A stretch of DNA of 64,000 bases from a candidate division WOR-3 bacterium. Its GTDB lineage: Bacteria > Hydrothermota > UBA3073 > JACQXS01 > JAGMCI01. The DNA lies in NCBI GenBank assembly GCA_023129325.1, contig JAGMCI010000014.1, positions 2,123-66,122 of the forward strand. Reading direction: 5' to 3'. The notes beneath the pieces were generated by a model. That model was given only the letters and a program-made list of their open reading frames with translations, was not told the DNA's origin and did not search any database. How positions within the stretch are numbered: position 1 is the stretch's first letter; each line of letters starts with the position of its first letter. This document shows positions 28,167 through 35,531 of the stretch, in pieces. Made by a program: the position numbers and the translations under genes.

Positions 28167-28790
28167 ATACCTAAATGCCTAAAAGAAAGAATATTTGCTG
28201 AAAGACCAAAGACATAAGACTAAAGACTCAAGACTAAAGGAGATAAACCTGAAATTCTGTGGCTTGAATTTAAATTCTTGACTCTTTAAACCGCAGACTT
28301 GTCCCGATACGGAACGGGTCGGGAGGACATAGAGATAAAATCAATAATATTAACCGCAAATGGACGCAGATAGCCACAGATTAAACAAAGAAAAACTTTA
28401 TCACTGAAATACGGAATGACTGGAACACGGAGAATTCTTTAATTCACAAAAAGATTGTAACTCAAGGCTTTAGCCTTGATATCAACCCTAAAGAGTTAAG
28501 TTACAAATCTACCTGTCAGCAGACAGTTTTCTGTGTTCCCTTCTTTTTCCCGTGCTTTCGCGATAAAAAAATCTTTTGACTTGACAAAATACTTTTTAAT
28601 GATTATATTATAAAAAAGAAACTTTTTAGCTACAAAGGACACGGATGACAAAAAAATCTCAAAATTCAAATCGCAAATTTCAAACAAGCATCAATGTTCA
28701 AAATTCTAATGCCTAAAACTGTTTTGATTTTGGGATTTTGGATTTGTTTGGGATTTGGTACTTTGGATTTGGGATTTCCCTGTATCTGTG
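28158..28790. repeat. About 600 bp of non-coding mosaic made of heptamer arrays and hairpins
   Basis: Arrays include CCTAAAT (28158-28186), NAAGACN x5 (28201-28242), AAATNNC (about 28645-28680) and its inverse GGGATTT/TGGATTT (about 28722-28785). Hairpins include TCCCGA..TCGGGA (28302-28324). Confidence 0.7.
28581..28609 (+). promoter_or_regulatory. Sigma-70-like promoter
   Basis: TTGACA, a 17-nt spacer, then TATATT, about 200 nt upstream of the beta-propeller gene. Confidence 0.4.
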
Positions 28791-28808
28791 TCTAAAAAAG
28801 GGGGGATT

Positions 28809-30308
28809 ATGTATAAATTATTTTTTATGTTATGTTTCTTGCTTCCCATTTCTCACTTTTCACTTCTCACTTCTTCTTTCGCCGCCACCTGGGAAAAGAC
28901 TTTTGGAGGGACAGGTCAGGATGAGGGATGGTCTGTTGAGCAAACCACAGATGGTGGATTTATTATAGCTGGAATGACATCCTCATTTGGAGCAGGTGAA
29001 AGCGATGTATATTTGATAAAATTAGACAGTCTTGGTAATGAGGTATGGATGAAGACTTTTGGTGGAGACAGTGCAGATGAGGGACGATGTGTTAAACAAA
29101 CTCAAGATAGCGGATTTATCATAACCGGATATACAAAATCATACGGAGCAGGTGATAAGGATATATGGCTTATAAAAACAAAGAGTTCTGGTGATACCAG
29201 TTGGACAAAAACTTTTGGAAGTAATAAACCAGATGAGGGATGGTCTGTTGAGCAAACGACAGATGGTGGATTTATTGTAGCTGGAGCAACGCATTCATGG
29301 GGAGCAAAAGAGAGTGATGTGGTTCTGATAAAAACAAATAGTCTCGGTAACGATGTTTGGGGGGAAATTTTTGGGGGAGCCGATGATGATGAAGGACGCT
29401 GCGTTAGGCAAACGGCAGATAGTGGATTTATTGTAGTTGGGTATACAAAATCTTATGGGAGTGGGGATAAAAATGTATGGCTCATAAAAACAAAGAGTTC
29501 TGGCGATACCAGTTGGACAAGAATTTTTGGAGGAGGAAACCCGGATGAAGGAATGTCTGTTGAGCAAACGACAGACGGTGGATTTATTGTAGCTGGATAT
29601 ACAGAGTCGTATGGAGCAAGTGACAGGAATATATGGCTTATAAAAACAGATAATTCTGGCAATCCTGATTGGGATGAAACCCTTGGAGGAGAAGCCCCGG
29701 ATGAAGGAATGTCTGTTGAGCAAATCGCAGATGGTGGATTTATTGTAGCTGGAGCAACGCATTCATGGGGAGCAAAAGAGAGTGATGTGGTTCTGATAAA
29801 AACAAATAGTCTCGGTAACGATGTTTGGGGGGAAATTTTTGGGGGAGTTGATGATGATGAAGGACGCTGCGTTAGGCAAACGGCAGACGGTGGATTTATT
29901 ATAGTTGGGTATACAAAATCCTGTGGAGCAGGTTCCTCTGGTGTATATGTTATAAAAACAGATTCCCTTGGCAATGTTGGGGTTGAAGAAGCAATTTCTC
30001 AGTTACCAACTTATTATAGTTTATCCCAGAACTCACCAAATCCATTTAACAAAACTACAGTGATAAGCTTTCAGTGCCCAGTGACCAGTGGAAAAGAAAG
30101 AACCACCTTGAAGATTTATAACTTGAGTGGAAGACTGATTAAGACCTTATTCGATAAGACACTAACCACTAACCACTTGCCACTGACTACTACTGTCTCC
30201 TGGGATGGCAGAAATGAATCTGGCAAATTAGTAGCTAATGGAGTTTATTTTTATAAGCTAAATAGCACAAATTTCGCATCCACGAGAAAACTCATCGTCT
30301 TAAAATAG
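28809..30308 (+). CDS. Secreted seven-repeat (beta-propeller-type) protein with T9SS C-terminal sorting domain
   Basis: Start moved to the ATG at 28809, after AAGGGGGG. Signal peptide ends SSFA. Seven repeats of about 48 aa follow the pattern W.KTFGG...DEG.SV.QT.DGGFI..G.T.S.GAG..D..LIKT. The tail is PNPFNKTT...GVYFYKL...KLIVLK. Confidence 0.8.
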   Translation: MYKLFFMLCFLLPISHFSLLTSSFAATWEKTFGGTGQDEGWSVEQTTDGGFIIAGMTSSFGAGESDVYLIKLDSLGNEVWMKTFGGDSADEGRCVKQTQDSGFIITGYTKSYGAGDKDIWLIKTKSSGDTSWTKTFGSNKPDEGWSVEQTTDGGFIVAGATHSWGAKESDVVLIKTNSLGNDVWGEIFGGADDDEGRCVRQTADSGFIVVGYTKSYGSGDKNVWLIKTKSSGDTSWTRIFGGGNPDEGMSVEQTTDGGFIVAGYTESYGASDRNIWLIKTDNSGNPDWDETLGGEAPDEGMSVEQIADGGFIVAGATHSWGAKESDVVLIKTNSLGNDVWGEIFGGVDDDEGRCVRQTADGGFIIVGYTKSCGAGSSGVYVIKTDSLGNVGVEEAISQLPTYYSLSQNSPNPFNKTTVISFQCPVTSGKERTTLKIYNLSGRLIKTLFDKTLTTNHLPLTTTVSWDGRNESGKLVANGVYFYKLNSTNFASTRKLIVLK

Positions 30309-30492
30309 CTCAACAGTTATTAACCATTGATTATTATTTGGGTAATTCGTGGTTAAGTAAAAAAACGTTTTAACCACAGACTTATAAATATAAAAACATG
30401 AATCACTCTATGTTCCTTTTGTCACCTCTGTGCTCTCTGTGGTTTACGCTTTTATCCGTCTAATCTGTGCAATCCGTGGTTGCAGATTTTTC

Positions 30493-30521
30493 TTGACTTT
30501 TTGATAATTTTATATTATATA
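30493..30521 (+). promoter_or_regulatory. Sigma-70-like promoter
   Basis: TTGACT, a spacer of about 17 nt, then TATATA/TTATAT, upstream of the ATG at 30535. Confidence 0.4.
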
Positions 30522-30534
30522 AAATAAAGATGCT

Positions 30535-33500
30535 ATGAGAAAATCATTTTTTATCTTCCTTTTCACTGCTTACTGCTTACTACTTACTACTTACTCTTCT
30601 TTCGCCGATACCTGGACCCAAACTGACTGGAGTGGAGAAAGTGGACAATTATTCTATGAAGATACAACAAAGTATTGGCAAGGAAGCGGAATCGACGGAA
30701 TAGTAGATAGAGGGGTTTTGACTCTATATAAAGAAGGTATTTGGGATACAATATTTACAGTTCCAAATCAGACAAAGGTATATACTATTATTAATGGTCC
30801 CGACAGTATTCTTTTTTTGGGTTCGGGAGACAACACCTTAAAGAGCATCTACAGGTCTATAGACAATGGGAAAACATGGGCTCCTTTTATCTCTAATATG
30901 CTAAATATTGTGCCTACTCTTTTGATTGCTTTCTCTAATCTGTATATAGGAGGACGTTATTCAACAAATACTATTGCTCAGATTATCCGATTTCCTGATT
31001 TATCAAGCAGTTACGACTACTACCTTACAGTTCACGATATGTATACTTTCTATTCATTATGTAAATCATCCTCATATCTATTTGGAGCAGGTGGAGCACC
31101 AGAGGGAAGAATATATCGTTCAACAGATGAAGGAGTATCTTGGAATTGGTGTTTTACTTGCTTAGATGATAAAATATTTTCTTTACTTGCAACTAATGAT
31201 GGCACTGTATATGCAGGTACAGGAGATACCTATGGAAGAATATATAAATCTATAAATTATGGTAGTAATTGGACTGAAACAGGTGAGTTGCCAGGTGCAA
31301 AGTCTGTCTATAGTCTTACCCAAGGAGCTGATAGTGCAATATATGCTGGAACTGATACTGCTGGGATAGTGTATAAAACTACGGGTGAAGGAAACACCTG
31401 GATTTCTACTGGAAAACTTCAAGGAGCTACAAAAGTTTATTCTCTAATATGCGGGCCCAACGGTTATCTCTATGCAGGATGCAAATGTGAAGATGATAGT
31501 GCGCGTATATTTGCTTCTATTGATAATGGTGATAATTGGACAAATATAGGAATACTCCCTGGGGCTACTTCTGTTACCTGTCTTTTATTTACAAATAATA
31601 GCTCTTTACTTGCCGGAACAGATTATAATGGCGTCATATTTAAAGCTCCAAAATTTGATACATCTGGATATCTTGTATCTTCTATTTATAATATAGGAAC
31701 AGCTAATGGAAGTGTTGAATATGGGACTATATTATGGGATGCAACTGCTGATACACAAGATATTATTGTTAAAGTGAGAACATTTCAGGATACTGTGAGC
31801 TGGAGCGATACCACTGCCTGGGATAGCGATAGCTGTGTTCCAGTCGCAAATGGACAAGATATATCTGAAATACCTTCTGTAGATGATGGTGACCAATTTG
31901 TTCAGTATAGAGTTGAGCTTTCAACTCAAAGTCCGTTTGTAACTCCAATATTTGATGAAATATCAATAAATTATTCTTTAGATACTATTGCACCTGTGAT
32001 TGTCACGGCTGTCGCTTATGGTAACGAGGAATTAATTCCACCAGATTCAATAATCTCTCAAGACAGAGTAATAATTTCGTTTAGTGAGCAGGTAGATACA
32101 AGTCATGCACATATTAATGTATCCAATATTGACTCTATCTTGAGGTTAAGTAATAATCATTCCTGGCTTGATAATTCTGGAACTTTTCAATCTATTGTAT
32201 GGGAAGACTCAACTACTTTAAAAATTACTCTTGGTGAAGATATATGGTCTGGTATGGTTGCTTCAGGAGATACTATAACTCCTTTGCCTGATAGTATTAA
32301 AGATAAATGGGGAAATCCAGCTACATCTTATTGTGTTATTACTGGTTCTTTTGCTCCAAATATTGATTCTATAATTGTTTCTGATGGCTCTGATTCAATT
32401 GAATATATTGATAACGATGATTATGTTAGTTTTTATTTTTCAAAGCGCACAAATAAACCAAAAATTGATAAAAATAATATAAATTCCGTTCTTCAAATCC
32501 CTGAACATACCTGGCTTGATGGATTGGCTGAACTTAGAGGAGATTCCGCTATTTGGGATACATTTGGATTTACACTTACTTGTTCTTTAAAAATAGATAG
32601 TTTAAGACCTACAATTCAGATTGGTGACACGGTATTTCCTGATGGAATTACAATATGGGATAAATTTTTGAGAGACTCGGTTGCAAATCCAGCTATAATT
32701 GGAGGTACTTTTGGAGATTATGGACCTGTTCCGGAATCTGCCATCGCTTATGAATTTGGTCCCCCTGAATCAGGAATTGGAGATGGTGATATAGTATGGA
32801 TTTTCTTTAATGAACTTATAGATACTAATATAAATTGGGATTCTGTAGACCTTGATACTATATTAACCCCACAAAAAAATGGTATCCAGCACACCTGGCA
32901 TCCTGATAGTTTATCATATGATGTTCAGCCCATAGATATGCAAGACCCACAAGGAATACCATATACTGTGCTTTATATATCTTTTTTCTATCCAGGAGTA
33001 GAAGAGTTTTTTCCCTCAATTACTTCTTATAAACTATTTCAAAACTTTCCAAACCCATTTTCTAAAGGCACACTTATTAAATATCAAATATCAGATATCA
33101 GATATCAGATATCAGAGGTCAGAGGTCCCGATATGAAATCGGGATCCTCATTTTTGTATTCAAATCAAAGACTTGAACAAAAATGGGATAAGAAGACAGA
33201 AGTAAGACCTAAATACCAATTACCAATTACCAATTACCAGATTCTCCCCATTGCTATTGGAGATACGCTTTATCCGGATTCAAGCACAATTCAGGATTTT
33301 AAGGGACATAAATGTATAAAGCCAGTTGTTCTTCAGGGCGCATTCAAAAAACAGGGTAAAGGGCAAAGGGTGAAGGGTAAAGTCAAAACTCTTAACCCCG
33401 TCTGCCAAAGCGAAGCGGCGGGCAGGTCACAACCCACAGCTACTCCGGTTTCCTTAAGAATTTATGACATTGCAGGGCGCTTGGTTCGAACACTAATAAA

Positions 33501-33642
33501 TGAGTCTAAAGTAGCTGGCAGTTACGAAATTTACTGGGACGGAAAAGATTCAGAAGGCAGAAAAGTAAAGAGTGGTATTTACTTTTATAAACTAACTGTA
33601 GGAGAACATACTTTCATAAGAAAAGCAATTTGTATAAGATAA
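30535..33642 (+). CDS. Large secreted BNR/Asp-box repeat protein with an interrupted T9SS C-terminal sorting domain
   Basis: Signal peptide ends SSFA. Asp-box-like motifs are SIDNGKTW, STDEGVSW, SINYGSNW, TGEGNTW and SIDNGDNW. The tail FQNFPNPFSKGTLIKYQI ... PVSLRIYDIAGRLV...GIYFYKL is split by about 360 nt. Confidence 0.8.
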   Translation: MRKSFFIFLFTAYCLLLTTYSSFADTWTQTDWSGESGQLFYEDTTKYWQGSGIDGIVDRGVLTLYKEGIWDTIFTVPNQTKVYTIINGPDSILFLGSGDNTLKSIYRSIDNGKTWAPFISNMLNIVPTLLIAFSNLYIGGRYSTNTIAQIIRFPDLSSSYDYYLTVHDMYTFYSLCKSSSYLFGAGGAPEGRIYRSTDEGVSWNWCFTCLDDKIFSLLATNDGTVYAGTGDTYGRIYKSINYGSNWTETGELPGAKSVYSLTQGADSAIYAGTDTAGIVYKTTGEGNTWISTGKLQGATKVYSLICGPNGYLYAGCKCEDDSARIFASIDNGDNWTNIGILPGATSVTCLLFTNNSSLLAGTDYNGVIFKAPKFDTSGYLVSSIYNIGTANGSVEYGTILWDATADTQDIIVKVRTFQDTVSWSDTTAWDSDSCVPVANGQDISEIPSVDDGDQFVQYRVELSTQSPFVTPIFDEISINYSLDTIAPVIVTAVAYGNEELIPPDSIISQDRVIISFSEQVDTSHAHINVSNIDSILRLSNNHSWLDNSGTFQSIVWEDSTTLKITLGEDIWSGMVASGDTITPLPDSIKDKWGNPATSYCVITGSFAPNIDSIIVSDGSDSIEYIDNDDYVSFYFSKRTNKPKIDKNNINSVLQIPEHTWLDGLAELRGDSAIWDTFGFTLTCSLKIDSLRPTIQIGDTVFPDGITIWDKFLRDSVANPAIIGGTFGDYGPVPESAIAYEFGPPESGIGDGDIVWIFFNELIDTNINWDSVDLDTILTPQKNGIQHTWHPDSLSYDVQPIDMQDPQGIPYTVLYISFFYPGVEEFFPSITSYKLFQNFPNPFSKGTLIKYQISDIRYQISEVRGPDMKSGSSFLYSNQRLEQKWDKKTEVRPKYQLPITNYQILPIAIGDTLYPDSSTIQDFKGHKCIKPVVLQGAFKKQGKGQRVKGKVKTLNPVCQSEAAGRSQPTATPVSLRIYDIAGRLVRTLINESKVAGSYEIYWDGKDSEGRKVKSGIYFYKLTVGEHTFIRKAICIR
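33081..33243. repeat. Composite module in frame: heptamer arrays, hairpin, heptamer array
   Basis: ATATCAA then (ATATCAG)x4 and (AGGTCAG)x2 at 33081-33127. Hairpin TCCCGAT ATGAA ATCGGGA at 33126-33144. (TACCAAT)x3 at 33214-33234. Confidence 0.85.
33352..33426. repeat. Composite module in frame: GGGYRAA heptamers plus GC-rich hairpin
   Basis: GGGTAAA GGGCAAA GGGTGAA GGGTAAA, followed by CCCCGTCTGCCAAAGCGAAGCGGCGGGCAGG. Confidence 0.8.
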
Positions 33643-33648
33643 TTCTAA

Positions 33649-33806
33649 AACCACAGAGAACACAGATTTGAATAAGATAAATAATCCCGCACTTATGTGT
33701 AAGTGCGGGACTGTGTAAATCTATTTTATCTGTGAGAATCTGCGTGCTAATGTTTTTGAATTTTGAAAATGGAATTTGTTTGGGATTTGGTCCGTCAGCT
33801 AACGGA
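33649..33806. repeat. Intergenic mosaic: CACAGAG inverted element, 11-bp-stem hairpin, TTTTGAA-type arrays, TCCGT hairpin
   Basis: AACCACAGAGAACACAGAT (33649-33667). Hairpin TCCCGCACTTA TGTG TAAGTGCGGGA (33685-33710). CTGTGTA..TCTGTGA..TCTGCGT (33711-33750). TCCGTCAGCTAACGGA (33791-33806). Confidence 0.7.
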
Positions 33807-33833
33807 TTGATATTTAACTTTTGATTTTGCTAA

Positions 33834-34211
33834 ATGTGGGTTAATATTCGTGATTCAAGGATTGTTAAGAAGATAGAAGATGGATTCAAGAAAAGGAAGG
33901 AACTGTATAAAAAACTAAAAGTAAAAGCTCTGGATATAAAATACTCTACAACTCCTATTAAAAACAAAAAATTACTTTATAACTTATATCTTCTTAAAAA
34001 AAGACTATATCAGATAGATATGGTTTTCCCCTTTACCCTGCGCCCGGAATTTATCCCGCACCAGGCGGGACCCTGCACCTTTTTTTTAAACAAGCTTTGT
34101 AGAAAAATTGGAAAATTCTTATTAAAAGATTACATTGACAAACAAAAGAATTTTAACGAAGCAGTAATTGAGGCAATTGAAGAATTGACAAGAGAAATAA
34201 ATGAGGGTTGA
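33834..34211 (+). CDS. Hypothetical protein carrying an in-frame hairpin module
   Basis: ORF track. It overlaps the next GT4 gene by 11 nt. The peptide TLRPEFIPHQAGPCTFF is encoded by the module at 34028-34080. Confidence 0.45.
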   Translation: MWVNIRDSRIVKKIEDGFKKRKELYKKLKVKALDIKYSTTPIKNKKLLYNLYLLKKRLYQIDMVFPFTLRPEFIPHQAGPCTFFLNKLCRKIGKFLLKDYIDKQKNFNEAVIEAIEELTREINEG

Positions 34212-35298
34212 CCAATTTATTCCTGGATTGTATCCTGGCAACTCTATGGCAGAAGATGCTATAGAAATTAAAAAGAGCTTAAAAAATTTAGGCTATGCTT
34301 CTGAGATTTTCTCTCTTGAAATTGCTTCAGAAGTTGGTAGTGAAGGTTGCTTTGTAAAGTCATATATTCCGTTTAAAAATAGTATCATTATCTACCATCT
34401 TGGCGAGGGGTCGCCTCTTATTGATTTTTTCCTAGAACTTCCTGAAAGAAAAATTCTTCTCTACCACAACATAACTCCACCTGAATTTTTTAAAGATATA
34501 CATAAACAAATTACTACCACAGGTGGAATAGAAGATATTAAACTTTTTAAAGATAAAATAGTTCTTGCCCTTGCAGACTCAGAATATTCAAGGCAAGAGC
34601 TTAAATCTCTTGGTTTTAGAAAAACAGGAACTTTACCTATAATTCTCAATTCTGATAAATATAAAACTTTAAAGAATAATGACTCTCTCATCAAAAAGTT
34701 CAAGGATGATTGGGAAAATATACTATTTACAGGAAGACTTGTTCCGAACAAAAAAGTGGAGGATGTGATAAAGGTATTCTATTATTATAAGAAAGGAATA
34801 AATGAGAATACAAGACTCTTTCTTGTTGGGACATACACAAATTCTCCGACTTATATAGCTTTCTTAAAATCACTTATCTCAAACCTTAAACTCACTGATG
34901 TATATATACCAGGCTATGTTGATTTTACAGATTTTGTCGCCTATTATAGAATATCAGATATATTTATATCTATGAGCGAACATGAAGGATTTGGAATTCC
35001 CTTTCTTGAGTCTATGTATTTTAATATCCCAATAATTGCCTATAATTCAACAGCAATTCCTTATACCATTGGCGATGCCGGAATTATTGTGAATGAGAAA
35101 AATTACCCTAAAATTGCTGAACTTATAAATGTTATACTTACTGATAAAGATTGGAGAAAAGAAATTATAAAAAAGCAAAGAGAGCGGCTTAAAGAATTTT
35201 CAAGAGAAAAGATAGAGAAGAAATTGAAACAGTATATTGAAATGGTTAGAAAAGAGGAACTACAGATTGACACAAGATTTTCGCAAGGTAAAAAATAA
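34201..35298 (+). CDS. Glycosyltransferase, GT4
   Basis: MSEHEGFGIPFLESMYFNIPIIAYNSTAIP block. Confidence 0.8.
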   Translation: MRVDQFIPGLYPGNSMAEDAIEIKKSLKNLGYASEIFSLEIASEVGSEGCFVKSYIPFKNSIIIYHLGEGSPLIDFFLELPERKILLYHNITPPEFFKDIHKQITTTGGIEDIKLFKDKIVLALADSEYSRQELKSLGFRKTGTLPIILNSDKYKTLKNNDSLIKKFKDDWENILFTGRLVPNKKVEDVIKVFYYYKKGINENTRLFLVGTYTNSPTYIAFLKSLISNLKLTDVYIPGYVDFTDFVAYYRISDIFISMSEHEGFGIPFLESMYFNIPIIAYNSTAIPYTIGDAGIIVNEKNYPKIAELINVILTDKDWRKEIIKKQRERLKEFSREKIEKKLKQYIEMVRKEELQIDTRFSQGKK

Positions 35299-35320
35299 TT
35301 CTCAAAGAATTTGTGTAAGA

Positions 35321-35470
35321 ATAGGAAAAATGGAAAAAGTGGGGAAAAGGGAAAGAAAGATATAAAGATATAAAGAGATAATTGTATAATCTTTATATTT
35401 TCAAAGAAGTTAAAAGGCATTTCCCATTTTCCCATCCGCCTGAGGCGGATTCCCCTTTTCCCTTATTTAC
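35321..35470. repeat. MITE-like imperfect palindrome built from GGAAAAN arrays, with an internal hairpin
   Basis: The left arm is AGGAAAAATGGAAAAAGTGGGGAAAAGGGAAAG...ATATAAAGAT. The right arm is ATCTTTATAT...CATTTCCCATTTTCCC [ATCCGCCTGAGGCGGAT] TCCCCTTTTCCCTT. Confidence 0.6.
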
Positions 35471-35531
35471 ACCATAAATCTGGTGCAAATCTTGTAGTTT
35501 AAATTGGCATATCTTTACACATAATTTACTA

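Noticed and set aside
28158-28790. Possible CRISPR array
   Set aside because: The repeats are 7-8 nt tandem units with no unique spacers of 25-40 nt. There are no cas genes in the window.
28496-28968. ORFs 28496-28687 (-) and 28738-28968 (+)
   Set aside because: They are translations of heptamer arrays and hairpins in the non-coding mosaic. They have low-complexity peptides and no RBS. The second is out of frame with the well-supported start at 28809.
29295-29974. Two long antisense ORFs (155 and 173 aa) inside the beta-propeller gene
   Set aside because: The internal repeats keep the antisense frames open. The sense strand has a signal peptide, a repeat consensus and a T9SS tail.
35103-35435. 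110-aa minus-strand ORF
   Set aside because: It is antisense to the GT4 3' end and then runs through the GGAAAAN array element. The peptide is repetitive F/S/L-rich.
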